A DNA stretch of 32,000 nucleotides from Cupriavidus necator. Lineage in GTDB: Bacteria > Pseudomonadota > Gammaproteobacteria > Burkholderiales > Burkholderiaceae. The DNA is taken from the NCBI RefSeq assembly GCF_016127575.1, contig NZ_CP066019.1:1650001-1682000 (forward strand), written 5' to 3'. The stretch's first letter is position 1; each line of letters begins with the position of its first letter. The position numbers and the translations under genes are program-made. The notes under the pieces were generated by a model. The model saw nothing but the letters and a program-made list of their open reading frames with translations. It was not told the origin of the DNA and did no database searches. Below are positions 7,480 to 15,749 of this stretch, piece after piece.

Positions 7480-8460
7480 ATGCAGGGTTGGATCAGGCGT
7501 GCAGCCGCGGGGCTGGTATTTGCGTTCGCGGCCACGGCCGCCGGTACCGCGCTGGCGGACTATCCCGACAAGCCGGTGCGGCTGGTGGTGCCCTTTCCGC
7601 CCGGCGGCGCCACCGACCTGCTGGCGCGCGAGATCGGCAACGCACTGTCGGCGCGGCTGCACCAGCCGGTGGTGATCGACAACCGGCCCGGCGCCGGCGG
7701 CAACCTGGCGGCCATCGCGGTGGCGCGGGCCCCGGCCGACGGCTATACGCTGCTGTTCGGCACCTTCGGCTCGCTGGCGGTCAACAAAAGCCTCTATGAC
7801 AAGCCTGGCTACGATCCGCTGAAGGACTTCGCGCCGGTGGCTTCGGTCGCCTACCTGCCCAACGTGCTGGTGGTGCATCCCAGCGTGCCGGCGCGCACCG
7901 TGCAGGAGCTGCTGGCGCTGGCGCGCAAGGAGCCGGGCAAGCTGACCTATGGCTCGTTCGGCAACGGCTCGTCGTCGCACCTGGCGGGCGAGCTCTTCAC
8001 CCACCTGGCGGCTGTCAATATCACGCACATTCCGTACAAGGGCAGCGCCGCGTCGATGACCGACCTGATCGGCGGGCGCATCACCATGATGTTCGACAGC
8101 GTCTCGACCGCGCTGCCGTATATCCGCGACAACCGCGTGCGCGCGCTGGCGGTGACGACGCAGAAACCCTCTGACCAGCTCCCAGGCGTGCCCACGCTGG
8201 CCGCCGCCGGCGTGCCCGGCTACGAGCTGACCGCGTGGTTTGGCGTGGCCGCGCCGGCCGGCACGCCCAAGGCAGTGATCGACCGCCTCAACGGCGAGAT
8301 CGTGGCGGCGCTGAAGCAGCCTGACCTGGCCGCCAGGCTGGCCAGCCAGGGCACCGTGCCCTTCCCCGCCACGCCGGCGCAGTTCGGCAGCTATATCCGC
8401 GCGCAGTTCGAGAAGTGGGACAGCCTGATCAAGTCGGCCAACATCAAGCTGGACAACTGA
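7480..8460 (+). CDS. Bug-family (TctC-like) tripartite tricarboxylate transporter periplasmic binding protein, orphan
   Basis: AAAGGAGA Shine-Dalgarno precedes ATG 7480. The signal peptide ends ...TALA/DYPDKPVRLVVPFPPGG.TD, the Bug-family hallmark. Length is 326 aa. No tctA or tctB genes are adjacent. Confidence 0.9.
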   Translation: MQGWIRRAAAGLVFAFAATAAGTALADYPDKPVRLVVPFPPGGATDLLAREIGNALSARLHQPVVIDNRPGAGGNLAAIAVARAPADGYTLLFGTFGSLAVNKSLYDKPGYDPLKDFAPVASVAYLPNVLVVHPSVPARTVQELLALARKEPGKLTYGSFGNGSSSHLAGELFTHLAAVNITHIPYKGSAASMTDLIGGRITMMFDSVSTALPYIRDNRVRALAVTTQKPSDQLPGVPTLAAAGVPGYELTAWFGVAAPAGTPKAVIDRLNGEIVAALKQPDLAARLASQGTVPFPATPAQFGSYIRAQFEKWDSLIKSANIKLDN

Positions 8461-9301
8461 TAGCCTGAGCCCAGGCCGTGTCCGGCGCGCCGAAGCGCCA
8501 CGACAGCCGGCGCGCCGCCTGCCGCACCAGCGCGGCAGTGGCGCCCGCGGTGCTGCTGTCAAAGCTGCCGCTCGAGCCCATCACGGCGATCACCAGCGCC
8601 AGGCTGCCGGTGTGGTCGAATACCGGCGCCGCCAGCGTGTCGATGCCCGGCACCGGGTGGCTCAGCGCATTGTCGAGCCGGGCCGCGCGCACCTGCGCCA
8701 GGCGCCCGGCGTAGGCCGGCGCCAGCTTGCCGCCGGGTTCAAGCACTTCGGCCGCGGCAGCGCCGGCCATGCGCAAATCGTCCTTTTCCAGCAAGCCCGC
8801 CAGCACGTTGGCTGGCAGGTACGCAGCGGCGGTGCGGCCAATCGCGGTATGGACCAGCGACAGCACCGTGCCCACGCGCAGGCTTACGTGCTGGGGCCGC
8901 GCCGATTCCTCCAGCCGGACCACCGTGGGCCCCAGCGGCCCCAGCACTGCCATGGCCACGCTCAGGCCGGTGGCGCCGGCCAGCTCGATCACCTCCGGTT
9001 CCGCCTCACGCGTCGGCGACAGCCGCTGCAGCGCGATCAGCCCCAGTTCCAGTCCCAGCGGTCCGCACAGGTAGTTGCCCGCGGCATCGCGCGCCAGCAG
9101 GCCGGTCTTCTGCAGGCTGACCAGATGCGGGAACGCCTTGGCCGGCGGCATGCCCGCGGCCAGCGCCAGGTCGCGCAGCGCCAGCGGCCGGCCGGCAGCC
9201 ACCAGCGCCACCAGCAGCTGGCCGGTGCTGTCCAGCGACTGGATGCCGCGCTGCGGCTTGCCGCCTTCCAGGTCTTGCTGGGCTTCGGTCGCGCTGCTCA
9301 T
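8444..9301 (-). CDS. IclR family transcriptional regulator (downstream copy of a tandem pair)
   Basis: The N-terminal wHTH is GIQSLDSTGQLLVALVAAGRPLALRDLALAAGMPPAKAFPHLVSLQKTGLLARD, followed by an IclR effector domain. ATG 9299-9301 overlaps the upstream gene stop (ATGA). The 3' end overlaps the convergent Bug gene by 17 nt. Confidence 0.85.
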   Translation of the reverse strand: MSSATEAQQDLEGGKPQRGIQSLDSTGQLLVALVAAGRPLALRDLALAAGMPPAKAFPHLVSLQKTGLLARDAAGNYLCGPLGLELGLIALQRLSPTREAEPEVIELAGATGLSVAMAVLGPLGPTVVRLEESARPQHVSLRVGTVLSLVHTAIGRTAAAYLPANVLAGLLEKDDLRMAGAAAAEVLEPGGKLAPAYAGRLAQVRAARLDNALSHPVPGIDTLAAPVFDHTGSLALVIAVMGSSGSFDSSTAGATAALVRQAARRLSWRFGAPDTAWAQAISCPA

Positions 9302-10131
9302 GCCAGGCGCCCCTCTTCATCGCGCAGCGCGGCGCCGATGTCCGCCGCCGCGGCCAGCAGGGCCTGCGCCGCAGCGCCGCGCCAGTCCACCTCGATGGCA
9401 CCGGTCGATCCCACCAGCGTCAGCACCAGCCGCAGCACGCCAGCGGCGTCCAGCACCGGCACGCTGAGGCTGCTGACAGCCGGGCTGGGCGTGTCGATGC
9501 TGCGCTCGATGCCGCGCGCTCGGATTTCTCCCAGGCTGGCGCTGAAGGCGGCCAGGTCGGACTCGGCCGCGCCCGGCTGCTGTGCGCGCCACAGCGGCTG
9601 CCACAGTGCCGGCGGCTGGAAGGCACAGAACACGCGCCCGGTGGCCGTGGCGGCCAGTGCCATCACCGTGCCCACGTGCAGGTTGACATGCAGCGGCGCG
9701 CTGGCCGGCACATAGCGCACGATGGTCGGGCCCTGCGGCCCGGCAATGCTGATTGCCACGCTGAATCCGGACGACTGCGCCAGCGCATCCACCCGGGGCT
9801 GCGCGGCGCGCCAGGCGGCGTCCTGCTCCAGGTGCAGCATGCCCAGCTGCAGCGACAGCGGCCCGGGCTCGTAGCGGCCGGAGAGGTGGTCGCGCTTGAT
9901 CAGACCCAGCCGCGTCAGGCTGACCAGGTAGGCATGCGCCTGGGCCGGCGCCAGCTGCGCCGCCTCGGCCAGCGCGGCCAGCGGCATTGGCGCGCGCGCG
10001 ACCGCCAGCGCCACCAGCAGGCGCCCGCCCACCTCCACGCTCTGGATGCCGCGCTGCGCCTTGTCGGCACGCGCAGCGGGCTCGTCCGCCTGCGTTCCTG
10101 CTTCCCCAGCCTTGCGCCTGGCCATTGCCAT
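9298..10131 (-). CDS. IclR family transcriptional regulator (upstream copy of a tandem pair)
   Basis: The wHTH is GIQSVEVGGRLLVALAVARAPMPLAALAEAAQLAPAQAHAYLVSLTRLGLIKRD, followed by an IclR effector domain. It is a paralog of the downstream gene. The start is ambiguous between ATG 10131 and 10125; the ORF start at 10212 is unlikely. Confidence 0.8.
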   Translation of the reverse strand: MAMARRKAGEAGTQADEPAARADKAQRGIQSVEVGGRLLVALAVARAPMPLAALAEAAQLAPAQAHAYLVSLTRLGLIKRDHLSGRYEPGPLSLQLGMLHLEQDAAWRAAQPRVDALAQSSGFSVAISIAGPQGPTIVRYVPASAPLHVNLHVGTVMALAATATGRVFCAFQPPALWQPLWRAQQPGAAESDLAAFSASLGEIRARGIERSIDTPSPAVSSLSVPVLDAAGVLRLVLTLVGSTGAIEVDWRGAAAQALLAAAADIGAALRDEEGRLA

Positions 10132-10140
10132 CCTGTGTGA

Positions 10141-10435
10141 TCGGAAAACCCGGATATTAATCGAACGCCTCCCGTTGCCGTGTGCACGGGGGTTTACCCG
10201 AACAAACTCCACCTGCCTCCGATGGCGTTCGCGGCATGCCTCAATTATTTGTCATAGGCTAATCATTTCGCTATTGATTAATTTTTTAACGTTTCCTAAG
10301 ATTGCACTACCCCGTCCGAACACGGCGACCCACGCCGTCAGGCATCCATAGAAACGGGGCGAGACAGCCCGCGGCCAGCGCAACGCAGCCATCGTGCCGG
10401 TGCCGTCTCGCCTCCCCACACAAAGGAAAGACGCC
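10141..10435. promoter_or_regulatory. Divergent iclR / catabolic-operon control region with AT-rich core and inverted ATTAATC repeats
   Basis: This is the only strongly AT-rich stretch in the window (about 10246-10310, e.g. caattatttgtcataggctaatcatttcgctattgattaattttttaacg). ATATTAATCGAAC (10154-10166) is repeated in inverted orientation at 10271-10284 (reverse complement AAATTAATCAATAG), matching 9 of 11 core positions. Confidence 0.4.
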
Positions 10436-11395
10436 ATGTCCAAGGCATTCGCATCGCAGGCCGACCTGGAAGCCAAGCAGGTCACCTTCACCCAACTGTC
10501 AGAGAACGCCTGGGCCTACACCGCCGAAGGCGATCCCAATTCGGGCGTGGTCATCGGCGACGACGGCGTACTGATCGTCGACACCACCGCCACGCCGGCC
10601 ATGGCGCAGGACCTGATCGCCCGCATCCGCACCATCACCGACAAGCCCATCAAGTACGTGGTGCTGTCGCACTACCACGCGGTGCGCGTGCTGGGCGCGT
10701 CGGCCTACTTCGCGGAAGGCGCGCAGCAGGTCATCGCCAGCCGCGGCACCTACGAGATGATCGTCGAGCGCGGCGAGGCCGACATGAAGTCCGAGATCGA
10801 GCGCTTCCCGCGCCTGTTCGCCGGCGTCGAGACCGTGCCCGGCCTGACCTGGCCGACGCTGGTGTTCGAGAAGGAAATCACGCTGTTCCTGGGCAAGCTG
10901 GAAGTGCGCATCGCCCACCTGGGCTCGGGCCATACCAAGGGCGACACCGTGGTCTGGCTGCCGCAGCAGAAGGTGCTGTTCTCCGGCGACCTGGTCGAGT
11001 ACGACGCCGCCTGCTACTGCGGCGACGCCCAGCTGGAAGACTGGCCGGCCACGCTGGACGCGCTGCAGGCACTCAAGCCGGAAAAGCTGGTGCCCGGCCG
11101 CGGCCCCGCGCTGACCACGCCGGAGGAAGTGGACAAGGGTATCGCCTACACCAAGGACTTCGTCACCACGCTGTTCCAGGCCGGCAAGGAAGCCGTGGCC
11201 GAGAAGCTCGACCTGAAGGCCGCGATGGCGCACACCCGGCGCGCGATGGACCCCAAGTTTGGCCAGGTCTTTATCTACGAGCACTGCCTGCCCTTCGACG
11301 TCTCGCGCGCCTATGACGAGGCCAGCGGCGTCCGCCACCCGCGCATCTGGACGGCCCAGCGCGACAAGGAAATGTGGGCCGCACTGCAGGACTGA
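10436..11395 (+). CDS. MBL-fold protein with degenerate metal motif (HYHAVR instead of HxHxDH)
   Basis: AAGGAAAG precedes ATG 10436. The beta-lactamase fold pattern is VVIGDDGVLIVDT ... VVLSHYHAVRVLG ... HLGSGHTKGDTVVWLP ... LFSGDLV. Length is 319 aa. Confidence 0.8.
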   Translation: MSKAFASQADLEAKQVTFTQLSENAWAYTAEGDPNSGVVIGDDGVLIVDTTATPAMAQDLIARIRTITDKPIKYVVLSHYHAVRVLGASAYFAEGAQQVIASRGTYEMIVERGEADMKSEIERFPRLFAGVETVPGLTWPTLVFEKEITLFLGKLEVRIAHLGSGHTKGDTVVWLPQQKVLFSGDLVEYDAACYCGDAQLEDWPATLDALQALKPEKLVPGRGPALTTPEEVDKGIAYTKDFVTTLFQAGKEAVAEKLDLKAAMAHTRRAMDPKFGQVFIYEHCLPFDVSRAYDEASGVRHPRIWTAQRDKEMWAALQD

Positions 11396-11444
11396 CCTCC
11401 AAAAAGAATAAGTCGGGCAACAAGCTATGGATGGAGACACAGGC

Positions 11445-13169
11445 ATGAGCAGCATCGATTACCAGCGGCTGTCGTTCGAGTACCAGCCCTGCGCCGAGCA
11501 ACAGAAAGGGGCCGATCCGGCCGTCCACCCGGTCGTCGTGGTCGGCGCCGGGCCGGTCGGCCTGGCCACCGCCATCGACCTGGCGCAGCGCGGCGTGGCC
11601 GTGGTGCTGGTGGATGACGACTGCACGCTGTCCACCGGATCGCGAGCAATCTGTTTTTCCAAGCGCACGCTGGATATCTTCGACCGGCTTGGCTGCGGCG
11701 AGCGCATGGTCGACAAGGGCGTGCGCTGGCACGTCGGCAAGGTGTTCCTGCGCGACCAGCAGGTCTACAGCTTCGACCTGCTGCCCGAGAGCGGCCACCG
11801 CCGCCCTGCCTTCATCAACCTGCAGCAGTACTACCTCGAAGGCTACCTGCTGGAGCGCGCGCAGGCGCTGCCCAATATCGAGATCCGCTGGCGCAACAGG
11901 GTGGTCGGGCTGGAACAGCGCGGCACGTCCGAGGACGGCGTGATACTGACCATCGAGACGCCTGACGGCAGCTACCCGCTGGCGGCACGCTACGTGGTGG
12001 CCGCCGACGGTTCGCGCAGCCCGATGCGCAAGCTGCTGGGCCTGGACAGCAAGGGCCGCACCTTCCACGACCGCTTCCTGATTGCCGACGTGAAGATGGA
12101 AGCGGATTTCCCGAGCGAGCGCTGGTTCTGGTTCGACCCGCCCTTCCACCCGAACCAGTCGGTGCTGCTGCACCGCCAGCCGGACAACGTCTGGCGCATC
12201 GACTTCCAGCTCGGCTGGGACGCCGACCCGGAGCTGGAGAAAACGCCGGAGCGCGTGATCCCGCGGGTGCAGGCGCTGCTGGGCAAGGACGTGAAGTTCG
12301 AGCTGGAATGGGTCAGCGTCTATACGTTCTCCTGCCTTCGCATGGACAGTTTCCGCCACGGCAATATCCTGTTCGCCGGCGATGCCGCGCATGGCGTGTC
12401 GCCGTTCGGCGCGCGTGGCGCCAACAGCGGCATCCAGGACGCCGAGAACCTGGCCTGGAAGCTGGCCTATGTGCTGCAGGGCCATGCCTGCGACAAGCTG
12501 CTGGACACCTACGCCAGCGAGCGCGAATACGCCGCCGACGAGAACCTGCGCAACTCCACACGTTCCACCGACTTCATCACGCCCAAGAGCGCGGTCAGCC
12601 GCGTGTTCCGCGATGCGGTGCTGACCCTGTCCAGGCGCCATGCGTTTGCGCGCACCCTGGTCAACAGCGGGCGGCTGTCGGTGCCCGCGGTGCTGCAGGA
12701 TTCGCCGCTGAACACCGCTGACGATGCCCAGGACTATGCCTGCAAGCTGGTGCCTGGCGCGGTCTGCTGCGACGCGCCGGTATCCGGCGCGCAGGGCGCG
12801 GGCTGGCTGCTGTCGCACCTGGGCGGGGACTTCACGGTGCTGGTGTTCGGCAGCCCTGACACCATCGATGCAGCCACGCTCGCCGGCCTCGCCGCGCTGA
12901 AAGACAGCGGCGTGCCGCTGCGGCTGGTCTACGTGACCGACGCCGCGCAGCCGGCGGTGACCTGCACCAATGCCACCGTGCTGCGCGACGACGAGGGCCT
13001 GGCCGCCGCGCGCTACGGTGCCACGCCCGGCACCTGCTACCTGGTCCGCCCGGACCAGCATGTCTGCGCCCGCTGGCACCACCCCGACCCGGCCGCGATC
13101 CGCGCCGCGCTGGCGCGTGCCACCGGTGCCGACCTGCGCGCCCCGCAGCCCGGCCGCATGGCCGCCTGA
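11445..13169 (+). CDS. Group A FAD-dependent aromatic-ring monooxygenase (MhpA/PheA-like, with C-terminal thioredoxin-like extension)
   Basis: Motifs: GAGPVGLATAIDLAQRG (GxGxxG), AADGSRSPMRK (DG motif), FAGDAAHGVSPFGARGANSGIQDAENLAWKL (GD motif). Length is about 574 aa. ATG 11445 is preceded by GGAGA; the ATG at 11427 is also possible. Confidence 0.9.
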   Translation: MSSIDYQRLSFEYQPCAEQQKGADPAVHPVVVVGAGPVGLATAIDLAQRGVAVVLVDDDCTLSTGSRAICFSKRTLDIFDRLGCGERMVDKGVRWHVGKVFLRDQQVYSFDLLPESGHRRPAFINLQQYYLEGYLLERAQALPNIEIRWRNRVVGLEQRGTSEDGVILTIETPDGSYPLAARYVVAADGSRSPMRKLLGLDSKGRTFHDRFLIADVKMEADFPSERWFWFDPPFHPNQSVLLHRQPDNVWRIDFQLGWDADPELEKTPERVIPRVQALLGKDVKFELEWVSVYTFSCLRMDSFRHGNILFAGDAAHGVSPFGARGANSGIQDAENLAWKLAYVLQGHACDKLLDTYASEREYAADENLRNSTRSTDFITPKSAVSRVFRDAVLTLSRRHAFARTLVNSGRLSVPAVLQDSPLNTADDAQDYACKLVPGAVCCDAPVSGAQGAGWLLSHLGGDFTVLVFGSPDTIDAATLAGLAALKDSGVPLRLVYVTDAAQPAVTCTNATVLRDDEGLAAARYGATPGTCYLVRPDQHVCARWHHPDPAAIRAALARATGADLRAPQPGRMAA

Positions 13170-13200
13170 GACCGGCCAGACCTGCACCGCGGAGACTCCC

Positions 13201-13425
13201 ATGCCCAATACGCTCAACACCCAACCCAACCTGGCGCGGCCCGACGACTTCTACGAAGCGCTGATCGAGATGCACCGCGACCTCGACGAGGCAAAAAGCC
13301 AGGCCGCCAATGCGCAGCTGATCCTGCTGCTGGCCAACCATATCGGCGACCACGATGTGCTCCTGGCCGCCATGGCCGCCGCGCGCGAAGGCGTGACCGA
13401 AATGCCGGCCACCACGCCAGCCTGA
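13201..13425 (+). CDS. DUF2783-like small protein (74 aa)
   Basis: GGAGA precedes ATG 13201. The sequence NLARPDDFYEALIEMHRDLDEAKSQAANAQLILLLANHIGDHDVL matches my memory of DUF2783, a family usually found next to FAD monooxygenases. Confidence 0.7.
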   Translation: MPNTLNTQPNLARPDDFYEALIEMHRDLDEAKSQAANAQLILLLANHIGDHDVLLAAMAAAREGVTEMPATTPA

Positions 13426-13431
13426 CCTGAC

Positions 13432-13467
13432 ACAGGCGCGGTACCGCCGCGCCTGTCCTGTTCTTTT
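13432..13467 (+). terminator. Rho-independent terminator-like hairpin after the DUF2783 gene
   Basis: A perfect 10-bp stem, ACAGGCGCGG (13432-13441) / CCGCGCCTGT (13447-13456), has a 5-nt loop. It is followed by the T-rich tract CCTGTTCTTTT. It starts 7 nt after the stop codon. Confidence 0.6.
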
Positions 13468-13566
13468 CCCGGCACCATCGCGGGCCAACGCGCGCAAGAC
13501 GCTGCCCACTGGCGGAACCCTCCGGCTGCCCGCCGCCGCAGCCACCACCGTACGGAGACAACGTTC

Positions 13567-14925
13567 ATGAGCCATCCGGTCTCAGGGGATCTTTCGTCCC
13601 TATCCAGCCTGACGTCCCCCACCCTGCCTCCCGCAGCACTGGCTGCGCACGATGAGGATGCGCTCTACCGCAAGGTCTGGCTGCGCATCATCCCGTTCCT
13701 GTTCGTCTGCTACGTGGTGTCGTTCCTGGACCGCATCAACATCGGCTTCGCCCAGTTGCAGATGAAGCAGGACCTGGGCTTCAGCGACGCCATGTACGGC
13801 CTGGGCGCCGCGGTCTTCTACGTCGGCTACGTGCTGTGCGAAGTGCCCAGCAACATGCTGCTGGCGCGCTTTGGCGCACGGCGCACGTTCACGCGCATCA
13901 TGGTGCTGTGGGGCCTGGCCTCGGTGGCGATGATGGGCGTCTCCACCCCGGCGCAGTTCTATACGCTGCGCTTCCTGCTGGGCGTGTTCGAAGCCGGCTT
14001 CTTCCCCGGCATCGTGCTCTACCTGACCTACTGGTTCCCGGCGCGCCGCCGCGCCGCGGTGATGGCGATCTTCTTTGCCGGCGTGGCGGTGGCGGGTGTG
14101 CTGGGCGGGCTGGTGTCCGGCTGGATCATGCGCGACATGGCCGGCGTGCTCGGGCTGCAGGGCTGGAAGTGGATGTTTGCGATCGAGGGCGCGCCCGCGG
14201 TGCTGCTGGGCCTGCTGGCCGCGCGCTGCCTGGTTGATGGCCCGCAGCAGGCCAGCTGGCTGACCGACGGCGAACGTGCCCACCTGGCGCGCGACACGGC
14301 CGCGCAAGCACATGCCGGCGGCCATTCGCTGCACGCGTTGCGGCAGGTTCTGCGCAACCCGCGCGTGTACCTGTTCGCGTTTATCTATTTTTCGCTGACC
14401 TGTGGTTCGCTGGCGCTGAGCTTCTGGATGCCGCTGATGATCCGCGACTTCGGCATCACCGACGTGATGTCGGTCAGCCTGTATTCGGTGGTACCCAATG
14501 CCGTGGGCGCGGTCGGCCTGCTCCTGATCGCGCGCCACTCCGACCGCACCGGCGAGCGCCACCGCCACTTCCTGCTGTGCACGGCAGGCGGCGCGCTGGC
14601 CCTGGCGGCGCTGACCCTGCACCTGCCCAGCCTGGCGCTGATGCTGGCCATCCTGTCGGTGGCCGCGGTGCTGATCTTTGCCGCGCTGCCGGTGTTCTGG
14701 TCGCTGCCGCCCAGCTACCTGCCGGGCGCGGGCACGGCCGCCGGCATCGCCTTCATCAGCAGCATCGGCATCACCAGCGGCATCGTCAGCCCGTGGGTGA
14801 TTGGACAGATCAAGACCCGGACCGGCAGCCTGGACCATGCCCTCTACCTGCTGGCGGCGCTGCTGCTGGCCAGCGGCCTGGCCATGTGGCTGGGTGTGCC
14901 AAGGCAGCCCGCGCGGCCGGCCTGA
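13567..14925 (+). CDS. MFS transporter, anion:cation symporter (ACS) type
   Basis: About 12 TM segments are predicted. The N-terminal signature is SFLDRINIGFAQLQMKQDLGFSDAMYGLGAAVFYVGYVLCEVPSN, followed by RRTFTRIM, typical of the tartrate/phthalate/galactonate-permease ACS family. GGAGA lies upstream of ATG 13567. Confidence 0.9.
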   Translation: MSHPVSGDLSSLSSLTSPTLPPAALAAHDEDALYRKVWLRIIPFLFVCYVVSFLDRINIGFAQLQMKQDLGFSDAMYGLGAAVFYVGYVLCEVPSNMLLARFGARRTFTRIMVLWGLASVAMMGVSTPAQFYTLRFLLGVFEAGFFPGIVLYLTYWFPARRRAAVMAIFFAGVAVAGVLGGLVSGWIMRDMAGVLGLQGWKWMFAIEGAPAVLLGLLAARCLVDGPQQASWLTDGERAHLARDTAAQAHAGGHSLHALRQVLRNPRVYLFAFIYFSLTCGSLALSFWMPLMIRDFGITDVMSVSLYSVVPNAVGAVGLLLIARHSDRTGERHRHFLLCTAGGALALAALTLHLPSLALMLAILSVAAVLIFAALPVFWSLPPSYLPGAGTAAGIAFISSIGITSGIVSPWVIGQIKTRTGSLDHALYLLAALLLASGLAMWLGVPRQPARPA

Positions 14926-14980
14926 ACCGGGCCGCAGGCGTCTTCAAAACCGGAATGTCCGCACCCACGGGGTGCAGCGT

Positions 14981-15289
14981 TCAGTGGGATCGGCCGCAGG
15001 GGATGACGGAGGCGATTTCCTCGCGCATCACCTCGACCACGTCGTCGATCTCCAGCCCTTCGGCGGTGACCAGCACGTCCTGTCCGCGGCCGATCGCGTA
15101 GACCACGCCGCGCCAGCGGCCGGGCTCGACGGCCTCGCACAGGCGGATATTGAATTCGGTGTCCTGATCCTGGCTATACACCGTCACCAGGTCGCCCACC
15201 TGGGGAGTGCGCACCGCTTCTCCGTCGAACGCCCGGGCCACCACGGTCACCGGCGACTGCGTCAGCCCCCTGGCAAATCTTGCACGCAT
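14981..15289 (-). CDS. Hypothetical 102-aa soluble protein
   Basis: Strong AGAGGAG lies 6 nt upstream of ATG 15289. Codon usage is GC3-rich. I recognise no family; the content looks beta-rich. Confidence 0.5.
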   Translation of the reverse strand: MRARFARGLTQSPVTVVARAFDGEAVRTPQVGDLVTVYSQDQDTEFNIRLCEAVEPGRWRGVVYAIGRGQDVLVTAEGLEIDDVVEVMREEIASVIPCGRSH

Positions 15290-15462
15290 GGTCCGCTCCT
15301 CTTTTTGCGATCCAAGTCCAGCTTACAAGAGGCCCGACAAATAACCAGGGATTTCCATCGAAAAGTGGAACCCGGTGCCCTTTGCGGCTGTCAGACGGCG
15401 CCGGATAGACAGCGCGCGCAGATGCGCCACAATGAAAGCACCGATCATCGAGGAGACCCGAC

Positions 15463-15684
15463 ATGGGCAGCAACATACACGTCGTACCGCACGACGAAGG
15501 CTGGGATGTGATCCACGAGGGTGCGCGCTATGCGGAATCGCACCACGCCACCCAGGAAGAAGCGGTTGCGGCCGGCACCACGAAGGCGCAAAGCGAGCAC
15601 GTCGAGTTGCTGATCCACGGCCGCGACGGGCAGATCCGCTCGCGCAGCAGCTTCGGCCACGACCCGCGCACCATTCCGGGCTGA
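15463..15684 (+). CDS. DUF2188-like small protein (73 aa)
   Basis: AGGAGA lies 6 nt upstream of ATG 15463. The pattern HVVPHDEGWDV ... TQEEAV ... ELLIHGRDGQIRSRSSFGHDP matches my memory of DUF2188. Confidence 0.75.
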   Translation: MGSNIHVVPHDEGWDVIHEGARYAESHHATQEEAVAAGTTKAQSEHVELLIHGRDGQIRSRSSFGHDPRTIPG

Positions 15685-15749
15685 TCGCCGGCCACTCGTC
15701 AGGCCCCGCTGAAGACTCCGGCGCTGCTAATCCCGGATACCGATGCGAG

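Noticed and set aside
10246-10290. FNR/CRP-type boxes (TTGAT-N4-ATCAA or TGTGA-N6-TCACA) around TTGATTAAT and TCAATTATTTGTCA in the AT-rich region.
   Set aside because: Only one half-site matches in each case and the partner half-sites are unrelated. The region is better explained as an AT-rich promoter or IclR operator region.
15366-15385. TGGAAC...TTTGC string resembling a sigma-54 promoter upstream of the DUF2188 gene.
   Set aside because: The GG-to-GC spacing is 10 or 17 nt instead of the required 12, so it does not fit the -24/-12 geometry.
15375-15749. Long N-terminal extension of the erythromycin-esterase ORF, which would overlap the DUF2188 gene.
   Set aside because: The extension is Arg/Ala/Pro junk in a different frame over a well-supported DUF2188 gene that has a strong SD. 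The esterase homology begins after the ATG at 15750.
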